From NCBI GenBank assembly GCA_963727625.1, contig CAVSHR010000004.1:544001-608000 (forward strand): a DNA stretch of 64,000 nt, in the 5' to 3' direction. Of this stretch, positions 29,685-39,362 are shown in pieces (the first letter of the stretch is position 1; every line of letters begins with the position of its first letter). Both the position numbers and the translations under genes were made by a program. The notes under the pieces were generated by a model. It was not told where the DNA came from, searched no databases, and worked only from the letters and a program-made list of their open reading frames with translations. This DNA comes from an uncultured delta proteobacterium. Its GTDB lineage: Bacteria > Desulfobacterota > Binatia > UBA9968.

Positions 29685-30839
29685 TTGATCAATCACGAAC
29701 GATTAAAAAATCTTCTCATCGAGCTCATCAAGATCGACAGTCTGTCGCGCAAAGAATACGACGTCGCCATGCGCCTCAAGCGCGAGATGGAAGAACTCGG
29801 CGCCTCTGTCCAGGTCGACGATGCCGGCGAAAAAGTCGGCGGCAACGTCGGCAATCTGATCGCCCATTTTCCCGGCAGCCTATCGAGCGCATCGCCGCTG
29901 CTCCTCTCGGCGCATATGGATACGGTGGTTCCCGGCGAGGGCATCATACCGATCCTCGACGGCGATATTCTGCGCACCGACGGCCGCACGGTGCTCGGCG
30001 GCGATGATAAGAGCGGCGTCGCGATCATCTGCGAAACGCTGCGCGTGATGCAGGAAAACCGCATTCCCTACGGCCCGGTCGACGTCGTCTTCACGATTTG
30101 CGAAGAAGCGGGCTTGATCGGCGCCAAGTGTCTAGACGTAAGCAAGCTGCGCGCGGGCACCGGTCTCGTGCTCGACAGCGATTCGGTGGGTTTTTTGTTC
30201 ACCAAAGCACCGGCGGCCAACCGGATGGAATTCCACGTTTATGGGCTCGAAGCACATGCCGGGGTATGCCCTGAAAAAGGCATTAACGCGATCAAAGTCG
30301 CCGCCGACGGCATCTCGCACATGCGCCTCGGCCGCATCGACCATGAGACCACAGCCAATATGGGCGTCATCGAAGGAGGTATGGCGGTCAACATCGTGCC
30401 CAATCAGGTGACCTTGCGCGGTGAGGCCCGCAGCCACAGCCATGAAAAGCTCGACCGGCAGACCGAGCATATGCGGCGCTGTCTCGAAGAAGCCGCGGAG
30501 CGCTACGTACTGGCACTCGACGGCAAACACTACCGGGCCAGAGTCGAAGCAAAGATCGAGCACGACTACGACCGCATGGACGTGCCGGACAACGCGCCCA
30601 TTGTCAATCTCGTCCACGCGGCGGCGAAAAAATTGCAGCTCGAGGTGAAGACCCTCGCCACCGGTGGCGGCTGCGACGCAAACGTGTTCAATCAGAAAGG
30701 GCTGGTGGTCGCCAACCTGTCTACCGGGATGCGCGACATCCACACGGTCAACGAATGGCTTGATCTGAAAGATTTAAATCTTTCGGCACAGATGGTCCTT
30801 GAAATTGTCAGACTCAACGCGGCAGGAGAAGAACACTAG
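29685..30839 (+). CDS. M20 peptidase, peptidase T-like
   Basis: SAHMDTV, GGDDKSG, CEEAG, GGGCDAN, IHTVNE. Confidence 0.9.
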   Translation: MINHERLKNLLIELIKIDSLSRKEYDVAMRLKREMEELGASVQVDDAGEKVGGNVGNLIAHFPGSLSSASPLLLSAHMDTVVPGEGIIPILDGDILRTDGRTVLGGDDKSGVAIICETLRVMQENRIPYGPVDVVFTICEEAGLIGAKCLDVSKLRAGTGLVLDSDSVGFLFTKAPAANRMEFHVYGLEAHAGVCPEKGINAIKVAADGISHMRLGRIDHETTANMGVIEGGMAVNIVPNQVTLRGEARSHSHEKLDRQTEHMRRCLEEAAERYVLALDGKHYRARVEAKIEHDYDRMDVPDNAPIVNLVHAAAKKLQLEVKTLATGGGCDANVFNQKGLVVANLSTGMRDIHTVNEWLDLKDLNLSAQMVLEIVRLNAAGEEH

Positions 30840-30897
30840 GCGTCAGGGGTGAGGCGTGAGGGGTTTTATCGAAACCTAAACGCCCCAATCCCGACCC
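30834..30897. repeat. Heptamer-unit imperfect palindrome
   Basis: CACTAGG CGTCAGG GGTGAGG CGTGAGG followed by a C-rich degenerate complement. Confidence 0.5.
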
Positions 30898-30921
30898 TTC
30901 AACGGCTTTTCATCGAGTATT

Positions 30922-32367
30922 ATGCAAGCAGAAGAAATCGGACTCCTCCTCAAACAGGAACGCGGTCAGTTTCTCGACTTCATCAGCGCTTATGAATATC
31001 GCCGCTCGGCGGGACAGAAGAAGCGCGAGGAGGACTTGGCGCGAGAAATTGCGCGCGTGCTTTCCGGCATGGCCAATGCCGACGGCGGCACGCTGCTGGT
31101 CGGCGTCGAGCCCGACAAGAGTGTCACCGGCATCCCCTACGATCACGATGAATTGCACGGCCTGATTCAAGCGCCGCAAAATTTGCTACGCCCGGAGCTG
31201 ACCCCAGCCTGTGAAAGGGTCCGGCTGGGAAATCTCCAGTTGCTCAAGTTCGAAGTCGCCGCCGGCATGGAGATCTACAGAATCGCCGGCGGCCGCTCCT
31301 TCTATCGCATCGCGACCGAGACTGCATCGCTGCCGGCCGATCAGATCCACGCCCTCAAGGAAGCCAAGAAAATTGTCTTCTACGAGCGCCAGCAAGCACT
31401 CAACGCGACCTGGTACGATCTAGACTCTGAGCTCGTGCAGGCTTTCGTTGATAAAACCCAACCAGGCGGCGATCCGCAAACTCTGCTCAACCAAACCTAC
31501 CACCTGCTCGATCTATCGCGCGGCTTGCCTTGCCCCAACACGGCCGCCCTTCTGCTGTTCGCCAAAGACCCGACCCGCTGGCATCCGCGCGCCGGCATTG
31601 ACTTCGTCAAGTTTGAAGGCACCGAGCGGCGTCATGGCAGTTCGCTCAACGTCGTCAAACGGATTCGCTTCGAAGCGCCGCTGGCGCGGCTGATCGATGA
31701 AGCGGTTGGGCGAATCAAGGAACATATCCGCGAGCGCACGATTCTACACGATCTTTTTTTTCGCGAACGGCTGGAGTATCCGACCTTCGCCTGGCAAGAG
31801 GCCGTGGTCAACGCCGTCGCCCACCGCGACTATGCGCTCAGCGGAGCATCCATCGAAGTCTGGATGTTCGACGACCATATCACCGTGCGCAGCCCCGGCC
31901 TGCCTCCCGCGCCGGTGACCCTCGATCAACTGCGCCGACAAAAGAGCATTCATTTCTCGCGCAACCCGCTACTGGTGCGCGCCCTCGCTGATCTCGGCTA
32001 TCTGCGCGAAATGGGCGAAGGCGTGCCGCGCATATTCCAGGAAATGGAGACCTACGGCCTCCATCCGCCGGAGTTGTCGGCGGACGGCTTTATCTTTTCT
32101 GTGACGCTGCACAATGCGCCGGTTTACGATGAAGCGACGCTGCGCTGGCTGAACCAGTTCAGCACGGCTCAGATCAATTTGCGCCAGCGCCGGCTGCTCG
32201 CCTATGCCTATTGCCACGGCAAGACTTTTTCCACAGCGGAGTACGAGCGGATCGCCGAAGTCGACCGCGACACCGCCTACCGCGACATCCGCCTGATGAT
32301 TAAAAACGGCATTCTTGCGCCACTAAAACCAAAGAGCCGAAGCTACCGCATCGTCGAGAAACTTTAA
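30922..32367 (+). CDS. Schlafen AlbA_2 + HATPase_c_4 + wHTH protein
   Basis: MANADGGTLLVGV, EAVVNAVAHRDY, SPG, RNP, GEGVPRI, C-terminal TAYRDI HTH. Confidence 0.88.
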   Translation: MQAEEIGLLLKQERGQFLDFISAYEYRRSAGQKKREEDLAREIARVLSGMANADGGTLLVGVEPDKSVTGIPYDHDELHGLIQAPQNLLRPELTPACERVRLGNLQLLKFEVAAGMEIYRIAGGRSFYRIATETASLPADQIHALKEAKKIVFYERQQALNATWYDLDSELVQAFVDKTQPGGDPQTLLNQTYHLLDLSRGLPCPNTAALLLFAKDPTRWHPRAGIDFVKFEGTERRHGSSLNVVKRIRFEAPLARLIDEAVGRIKEHIRERTILHDLFFRERLEYPTFAWQEAVVNAVAHRDYALSGASIEVWMFDDHITVRSPGLPPAPVTLDQLRRQKSIHFSRNPLLVRALADLGYLREMGEGVPRIFQEMETYGLHPPELSADGFIFSVTLHNAPVYDEATLRWLNQFSTAQINLRQRRLLAYAYCHGKTFSTAEYERIAEVDRDTAYRDIRLMIKNGILAPLKPKSRSYRIVEKL

Positions 32368-32716
32368 CACGCCACCGGTTAAGCCGCTCAAGATTCACGT
32401 TCGGGTCGTGCCGGAGCCTCGGCGCGAGCAATGGAGGCTCGACGAGCTGCTTGCGTGGTTTGAGAATCGCCGAGTTGGCATTGACCTCTGCCCACTCCGG
32501 ATCGATCGAGAACTAAATCCTTGATCTCCTTTCCTCATCCATACTAAAACCTCGGCTCAGTGCTTTTGCTCACTCTGGCAAAGGTAAAAAGTTTCCCAAA
32601 ATTATTTCTCGTCGACCACACACTCGATACGCAAGGTTGACAACGGCGCCCGTTCATTTTAGTTCACTCTGAGAAACAGCTGTTACCAATTCCATTGCTT
32701 TATCTCGGGAGGGGTC

Positions 32717-33307
32717 ATGACAAAATCACAGCGCCATCCGGTGTTTGAACAATTCATTCAAGAGCTGCGCGCGGCCTGGACCGAGCTGCCCGACATGGAA
32801 GCGCGCATGAAGAGAGGCCGGCACCTGCTTGAAGAATTAGTCAAAAACGAGTCGTTGCGCCAAGCATCGAGAAACTGGCCCTCCACCGAAGGGCGCAAAA
32901 ATCTGCTGTTCTACGAAGACCCCGACTTCGGTTTCGCGATCAACGGTGTGGTGCGGGTTCCGGGCCGCAAGGGCAGCATTCACGACCACGCCCATGCCTG
33001 GACCGCATACGGCCTACTCGACGGCAGCGAAAGCTTGCAACGTTTTCGCCGCGTCGACGACTGTAGCAAAGAAGGTTACGTCAAGTTGGAATTGGCAAGC
33101 GTCACGCCGGGAATGCCGGGAAATGTCGATTTGGTTCCGCCCTTCGACATTCACGCCGAACAAGGCGGCCCAACCCGCTCCGTCGCCATTATCCTGCGAT
33201 CCGAGCGCGTCGCTGGCAAAGTGTTACAGGGCAGTTATAACCTGGAGAGCAATAGCGTCCGTCATATCGAAGGACCGGCGAACATTCCCTACGAGATCAC
33301 AGCTTGA
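32717..33307 (+). CDS. Cysteine dioxygenase-like cupin
   Basis: IHDHAHAW and PPFDIH give a 3-His site; GGAGG SD. Confidence 0.75.
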   Translation: MTKSQRHPVFEQFIQELRAAWTELPDMEARMKRGRHLLEELVKNESLRQASRNWPSTEGRKNLLFYEDPDFGFAINGVVRVPGRKGSIHDHAHAWTAYGLLDGSESLQRFRRVDDCSKEGYVKLELASVTPGMPGNVDLVPPFDIHAEQGGPTRSVAIILRSERVAGKVLQGSYNLESNSVRHIEGPANIPYEITA

Positions 33308-33431
33308 CTCGAAATCTACGACAAATAGCTTGCCGCGCGGATTGGACGCGAAAACTTAAGTTCCCATTTAGCCCGGCCTTCGCGCTCGTCGTGGAAACAC
33401 ACTCTGGATCTAGCAAACGGATTCGCAAGGT

Positions 33432-34646
33432 TTAGATTTTTCCCAGAGCGCCCGCCAGGTCTGCGATGAGATCGTCAGCATCTTCGATACCGACGGAGTA
33501 GCGGATCAGATTGTCTTTGATGCCGACGATGAGCCGCTCTTCGGTGCTGAGCTCGTAGAAGCTCATCAGGGCCGGCTGCTCGATCAAACTCTCCACGCCG
33601 CCCAGTGACGGCGCAATCTGCGGGATCTTGCAGGCGTCAACAACTCGCGATGTCGCTTCCAAGTCGCCGTCAATCTCGAAGGAAACCACGCCGCCGAAGC
33701 CGCGCATCTGGCGCCGCGCCACTTCATGCTGCGGATGGCTTGGCAAGCCGGCATAATGCACCGCGCTGACGCGCGGGTGCGCTGACAAAAATTCCGCTAA
33801 CCCCTGAGCATTGGCGTTCTGTCGCGCGACCCGCAACGCAAAGGTTTTCAAGCCGCGCACCAACAGGTAGGCGGCCAGCGGATCGATGATCGCGCCGGTC
33901 ACGTGCTGCAATGAGCGGATGCCGTCGACCAATTCGGCGGAGCCGAGAACCGCTCCGGCCAACAGATCGTTGTGCCCACCCAAGTATTTCGTTGCCGAAT
34001 GCAGCACGATATCGATGCCGAACTCGAGCGGCCGTTGGTTGTACGGCGTCGCGAAGGTGGCGTCGATGAGAGTCTTGACGCGGTGGCGCTGGCCGATCTC
34101 GGCGAAGCGCTCCATGTCGACGATCCGGTTGTAAGGATTGGTCGGCGACTCGCTCACGAGCAGGCGTGTCGTCGGCCGAATCGCTTCTTCCACAGCTTGG
34201 TAGTCGCTCGCCGGTACCACCGAAACCTCGATGCCATATCGGTGCAAAGTCTGGGTGAGAAACTGGCGCGTGCGCCGGTAGGAGTCGTCGGTCACGACCA
34301 CATGCGCGTTGTGCGACAGCACGGCGTAGAGCGTCGTGGTCACCGCCGCCATGCCGCTGGAAAAAAGCAAACAATCCGCCGCGCCCTCTAGCGCCGCGAG
34401 CTTCTGCTCGGCGATGCGTTGGGTCGGGTTGCCGTAGCGACCATATTCCTCGCGTTCGATGCGATGTTGAAAATGATCGTGCAGCTCCTGCGTATCGGCG
34501 AAAGTGTAGGTGGCCGTCTGCACAATCGGCGTGGCCAGCGAATTGCCAAGCTTGGGGCGCGGCTCGCCGCCATGTACTGCCAGTGTGCTGAACCCGGGCG
34601 TCCGGCCGAGACTGCCCGCGCCCTTTTTGCTTTCCGGCGCGCTCAT
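33432..34646 (-). CDS. metB: Cystathionine gamma-synthase, plant-type
   Basis: YGRYGNPT, ESPTNP, HSATKYLGGHNDL, PSLGGVESL. Confidence 0.85.
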   Translation of the reverse strand: MSAPESKKGAGSLGRTPGFSTLAVHGGEPRPKLGNSLATPIVQTATYTFADTQELHDHFQHRIEREEYGRYGNPTQRIAEQKLAALEGAADCLLFSSGMAAVTTTLYAVLSHNAHVVVTDDSYRRTRQFLTQTLHRYGIEVSVVPASDYQAVEEAIRPTTRLLVSESPTNPYNRIVDMERFAEIGQRHRVKTLIDATFATPYNQRPLEFGIDIVLHSATKYLGGHNDLLAGAVLGSAELVDGIRSLQHVTGAIIDPLAAYLLVRGLKTFALRVARQNANAQGLAEFLSAHPRVSAVHYAGLPSHPQHEVARRQMRGFGGVVSFEIDGDLEATSRVVDACKIPQIAPSLGGVESLIEQPALMSFYELSTEERLIVGIKDNLIRYSVGIEDADDLIADLAGALGKI

Positions 34647-35992
34647 TAGCCGTCCAGCAAACGCATGCGCTCGACGTAGCGCGAGATCGCGTCGCTGATT
34701 TCTTTAGGATCGGCCTTGAGCTCCAGCGGACGGTTTTGCTGGGTTCCCTGGATGCCCGGCAGAGTGCCAGCGTGATAGGCGATTTTTTGCTCGGCGAACT
34801 TTAGGCCATGCGCCGTCGAGATCACCACGACCCGCTCGTGGCCGCGGATGACCTTGCGCTCCACCAGCTTGCGCAGCGCCGCCAGCGCCACGCCCGTGTG
34901 CGGGCAGTTGAACATACCGGTGCGGTCGGCGCGCGCGACTTCTTCGGCAAGCTCCAGCTCGGAGGCCTGCTCGACGACACCGTCAAAGCGCTGCAACGTC
35001 GCGATCGCTTTGCGCACGCTCACCGGATTGCCGATCTGAATTGCACTCGCCAGCGTCTTGCGCGCGGTCATCGACTCGAAATGCTCGAAGTTTGTTAAAT
35101 AGGAAAGATACAGGGGGTTGGCGTTTTCGGCCTGGGCCACGCAGATGCGCGGCAGCTTGGAGATCAAACCGAGCTCGTGCATCATCAAAAATCCTTTGCC
35201 GAAGGCGCTGACGTTGCCGAGATTGCCGCCCGGCAGGATCACCCAATCCGGCACCTCCCAGTCGAACTGCTGAACGATCTCGACAGAGATCGTCTTCTGC
35301 CCTTCGATGCGCAGGCTGTTCATCGAGTTGGCCAGATAAATATGCTTGTGCTTGGTGACTTCCTGCACCGCCGCCATGCAGCCGTCGAAATCGGTGTCCA
35401 GCGACAGTACCAGCGCGCCGTTGGCCAACGGCTGCACCAATTGCGCAGGCGAGACTTTGTCGCGCGGTAAAAATACTACCGTCGGGATTCCCGCCGCCGC
35501 GCCGTAGGCCGCCAGCGCCGCCGAAGTGTCGCCGGTGGAAGCACAGGCCACCGCGTCGATGGGCTCGCCGTTGGCGATCATTTGATTGACCACGGAAACC
35601 AGCACCGTCATCCCGAGGTCCTTGAAAGAACCGGTATGCGAGTTACCGCATTGCTTGACCCAGAGATCCTCGAGATGGAGTTGCTTGCCGTAACGATTGG
35701 CCCAGAAGAGATTGGTGTTCCCCTCGCAGGTCGAGACGATGTTCGTATCGTCGATAAACGGCACCACCCACTCTTTTTTCGCCCACACGCCGGAGCCGTA
35801 CGGATAGACGTTCTGCCCGACGCGGTCATCGAACAGCTTGATCCAGCCAGCCGCCGCCCGGGTGGCAAGCGCTTCCATGTCGTGGCGCACTTCGAGCAAG
35901 TCGCCGCAGGTCGGACAGCGGTAAATAATTTCCAGCAGGCTGAATTGCCCCGGACAGCCGTTAATACATTGAAACCAAGCGTTATAGCTCAT
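34646..35992 (-). CDS. thrC: Threonine synthase, plant-type
   Basis: [48 protein letters not shown]. Confidence 0.95.
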   Translation of the reverse strand: MSYNAWFQCINGCPGQFSLLEIIYRCPTCGDLLEVRHDMEALATRAAAGWIKLFDDRVGQNVYPYGSGVWAKKEWVVPFIDDTNIVSTCEGNTNLFWANRYGKQLHLEDLWVKQCGNSHTGSFKDLGMTVLVSVVNQMIANGEPIDAVACASTGDTSAALAAYGAAAGIPTVVFLPRDKVSPAQLVQPLANGALVLSLDTDFDGCMAAVQEVTKHKHIYLANSMNSLRIEGQKTISVEIVQQFDWEVPDWVILPGGNLGNVSAFGKGFLMMHELGLISKLPRICVAQAENANPLYLSYLTNFEHFESMTARKTLASAIQIGNPVSVRKAIATLQRFDGVVEQASELELAEEVARADRTGMFNCPHTGVALAALRKLVERKVIRGHERVVVISTAHGLKFAEQKIAYHAGTLPGIQGTQQNRPLELKADPKEISDAISRYVERMRLLDG

Positions 35993-36165
35993 GGGAAATT
36001 TTTCTCTACGTCCTCCTCCGATTAGACACCGCGATCCTTTTCACGTCTCGCGGAAAACAGCAAGGCTATTTAGCATACACGACCATATTGCCCGCTTCAG
36101 CGGATTTTTCCAGCGCGCGCAATGACCGGACGTCCATCGCGCCGCTCGCCGCTAAATCTAGCACT

Positions 36166-36384
36166 TCACGGATTCGCATCGATCCAACTTTTCGCCAAGT
36201 TGATGACGAACTTCTCCGCGTCGCCGCTGGTCTTGAAGCGATCGGGCAGGACACCGATCGAATGGCTTTGGCGCTGCCCGTCGCGCCGCCAAGTGATCTC
36301 CGCCCCCGCGGTCCATTGCTTGTCGCTCTGGTTGAGCGAGGTAAACGCGAGAATCAGCCGGTTGTTGTAATAAAGGTTAGCCAT
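36166..36384 (-). CDS. Small hypothetical protein
   Basis: 72 aa, ends FKTSGDAEKFVINLAKSWID; TTGGCA-N18-TATAAT just upstream. Confidence 0.6.
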   Translation of the reverse strand: MANLYYNNRLILAFTSLNQSDKQWTAGAEITWRRDGQRQSHSIGVLPDRFKTSGDAEKFVINLAKSWIDANP

Positions 36385-36762
36385 CTTGGCCCGGATTATA
36401 GACATGTCGGGCCGTCATTGCCAAGAATCCCGCTGCCAGGGTCTTCGTAACACCGCGGGCTCCATTCACTTCACTGATCGTGGTCGAGGCATCGAAGGGC
36501 GAGATGGAAGTCGGCGAAGCACGATCACCTTTCACAATCACGGCTCTTGCCACCCACATCCCCAGCCCGGTGCGCCAACTGTTGTCGCACCACCGGGCAA
36601 GCCTACCCTTTCGACATGTCATCAACCTTCCCTCCTCCTTCCCACGATTGCTGTCGCTTCGTCTGTTTCCCTATGGCTTGCCCTTTGCGTTTTCTTTCGG
36701 CCAGCAGATGGTCTCGGAAAAAACAGCGGCGAGCCGGAAGAAAACCTCAGGGAGCAACTTCA

Positions 36763-37116
36763 ATGAACATAAACTGGGATCTGGTCGAGCCGACAGACAG
36801 CGGTATCTTGGAAGAGCTATCGAGAAGGAGCCTGCGCGACGGTGAAAGAAGGCTCATGCTCGCCCTGCTCGAAGGCGCCGTGGAAGACTTCCAAAAATAC
36901 CTCCTGGCCAACGGCAAACGCAGCCAAGAATTATTCCTGGAGGCCGAACGCTGGATCTTGGAAACCGGCAGCCCGTCATTCTTTTCCTTTGAAAATGTCT
37001 GCGAGCATCTCCAGTTCGACCCCGCCTATGTCCGCCAAGGCGTGATGCGCTGGAAGGCCACCAAACTCGTTGAACAGCTCCCGAGTTGCGCTAATCCCTC
37101 CCTGCGTCGTGCGTAA
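36763..37116 (+). CDS. Hypothetical protein (GERRLMLA...FSFENVCE family)
   Basis: GGAG SD; recurrent helical family motifs GERRLMLALLEGAV and FSFENVCEHLQFDPAYVR. Confidence 0.75.
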   Translation: MNINWDLVEPTDSGILEELSRRSLRDGERRLMLALLEGAVEDFQKYLLANGKRSQELFLEAERWILETGSPSFFSFENVCEHLQFDPAYVRQGVMRWKATKLVEQLPSCANPSLRRA

Positions 37117-37240
37117 CGGAATATTATCTGAACTCCTATATTCTGCCCAATAGTCGCGATTTTATACTTCCGCCGGCTTTCGGACGTTGACCCGACGCAC
37201 CGGTGTCCTGTAAATTGATCGTAGGAAGGAGCAACCAACC

Positions 37241-38011
37241 ATGAGCGCAGAACTCGAAGACGTAAAGCGCGAAGTCGCCGCCGCCAACCGCGTGCTCTCT
37301 AACCTGGGCCTCGCCACCGGCCTTACCGCCGCCCTCGGGCACGCCAGCATGCGCGTCCCGTCCGAACCCAATCATTTCCTCGTCAAGGGCCGCGAGTACG
37401 AGCTCGACGCTCTAGCGATCATGGAGCCCGACGACATGGTCATGTGTGATACTGAAGGGTTCCTCATCGGCGGGCGGCCGGGACTGACGCAGTGCTCCGA
37501 AGTCAAGATCCACGCCTGTATCTACAAGACGCATCCGAAGGTCCAGGCGATCGTCCACGTCCACCCGCGCTACACGATACTGATGAGCGTGCTCACCGGC
37601 TCGCTTAAACCGATGCGCCAGGAGGGCGCCCAGGTGCTGCGCAAGCCGCTGCCAGTCTATCCCCATGTAAAAACCATCCAAAGCGACGCCGAAGGTATGG
37701 AAGTCGCAACGTTGTTAGGCGACAGCGAAGCGATCCTGCTGCGCGGTCACGGCGCGGTCACCACAGGAGCCAAGATTTCAGAAGCGGTCATGGGCATGGC
37801 CCATCTCGAAGAGCAAGCGCAGATGAACTACCTTGCTTACGTTGCTCAGGGTAAGGACTATCCTTATTTAGAGGACAAAGTTTTGGATGAAATGATCAAC
37901 CGCACCCCGCTCTACGAGCAGCCGCACTTCAAGGACGTGCTTAAAGGCCGCGAACCCCAACGTGGCGGGACGTGGAATTATCAAAAGAAATCAGCAACAA
38001 GCGCCAAGTAA
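37241..38011 (+). CDS. Class II aldolase/adducin family protein
   Basis: GHASMR, SEVKIH, IVHVHP, LLRGHG. Confidence 0.9.
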   Translation: MSAELEDVKREVAAANRVLSNLGLATGLTAALGHASMRVPSEPNHFLVKGREYELDALAIMEPDDMVMCDTEGFLIGGRPGLTQCSEVKIHACIYKTHPKVQAIVHVHPRYTILMSVLTGSLKPMRQEGAQVLRKPLPVYPHVKTIQSDAEGMEVATLLGDSEAILLRGHGAVTTGAKISEAVMGMAHLEEQAQMNYLAYVAQGKDYPYLEDKVLDEMINRTPLYEQPHFKDVLKGREPQRGGTWNYQKKSATSAK

Positions 38012-38591
38012 AACATTTTATGTTCGATTATTGGAACAAAATTTCAAAGGCTGCTTAGGCGGCGTCCCATCGGCTTGATTGCGACGAACCCTCTTGATCA
38101 AACGCCGGAAACTCTTCCCATTCAATCTGAATTAAACTCAGGGGAAACATGGTAAGCCAAGACAACCTGAATTCCTAAAACGCGGCGGACTGCTCCCGAT
38201 CCCACTATCCAAGTTTACACGCCAAGAACGTGTAGCTATAGACCTGGAATACCCTTGCGTTTTTCTCACCGTTCCATCGACTCGGTTTGGCCATCTCTTC
38301 CTCCTGGCTGATTCCCCCAGCCTATCTATGGCCATTTCACTCTCACTCATCAAGTGTTCCGAATCTGGTGGGACACGACAGGGAATCTATCCCAAGGAAA
38401 TGCACCAGTTAAATGGCGTCTATACTCAGGCATTCAGCCGACGTCATCGCCGCGTTGGACATCTACACCGGTCAGTGATGGAGTCAAATTGAAGTTGAAT
38501 AGTTTTAGCATCCTCGTACATCGTCCGCCGCAGTCGGCAAAATCGAAGTCTTCTGCATCGATTAAGCGGCTCAAAGACCCGCCGGGTGCAT

Positions 38592-38627
38592 AAAAAAAAG
38601 GGGGCACCCCGACCAGGCGCCCCCTTT
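38592..38627 (-). terminator. Rho-independent terminator of the RRM gene
   Basis: Minus strand AGGGGGCGCC-loop-GGTGCCCCCT followed by a T run. Confidence 0.8.
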
Positions 38628-38652
38628 CTCAATTACTGACGTATCGAGAAAT

Positions 38653-38976
38653 CTACCAGCGGTTACGTCCGCCGTCGCGATTGCCGCCACGGCCTCCGCC
38701 GCCGCCGCCACCGAAGTTATCGCGCTTGGCCATCGGCTTGGCTTCATTCACCGTCAGGCTACGGCCTTCGAATTGCGTGCCGTTGAGCGACGAGATCGCG
38801 GCTTGCGCCTCGCTGTTCGATGACATTTCGACAAAGCCGAAACCGCGCGATTGTCCGGTAAACTTGTCCGAGATCACATTGGCCGATTCCACCGTGCCGT
38901 GTGCCGCGAAAAGTTCCCGAAGACTCCCCTCAGTGACTGAATAAGGCAAACCACCCACATATAATTTACTACCCAT
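38653..38976 (-). CDS. RRM RNA-binding protein with Gly-rich tail
   Basis: LYVGGL (RNP2), RGFGFVEM (RNP1), GGGGGGR tail, AGGAGG SD. Confidence 0.95.
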   Translation of the reverse strand: MGSKLYVGGLPYSVTEGSLRELFAAHGTVESANVISDKFTGQSRGFGFVEMSSNSEAQAAISSLNGTQFEGRSLTVNEAKPMAKRDNFGGGGGGGRGGNRDGGRNRW

Positions 38977-39362
38977 GTTGTCCTCCTATGAGACAGTGTT
39001 GTTGTCTATAATCCTGAGAATCTAACTGCTAAAGGGGCAGAACATGGGCTCGTGAAATGCTAAGACCGCGCTCTGGTCGGATTGTCATTTAGAAATTGCT
39101 ATCAAAGGATAGAGACGGAAAGAAGCCTTCAAATTTTTCTGTCCTCTCAGAAGGCCGTATACTGAAGAAGATAAGTCACGGTACGTGTAATTCCGGGTGA
39201 AGTCAACCCCGCATCGGTAAATCGCAAAAATAATTTTCTCGCCGATACTTTACCTCGCGCAGGCAACGCCCCCCTTTCGCATCCCGATCAAATCGAATTG
39301 CGGCTTGACACCCGGTGCCACCTGTTGGAGAATCCGGCAAAATCCACACAAGGAGAATTCAT

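Noticed and set aside
35993-36165. SAM riboswitch or Thr attenuator ahead of thrC
   Set aside because: No S-box core and no Thr/Ile-rich leader peptide seen
39269-39281. 13 bp CCCCCCTTTCGCA identical to the tRNA-Leu 3' end (13491-13503), suggesting an attR
   Set aside because: The enclosed 26 kb is housekeeping (PDH, thrB, thrC, tRNA-Met) with no integrase, and the match is short and low-complexity
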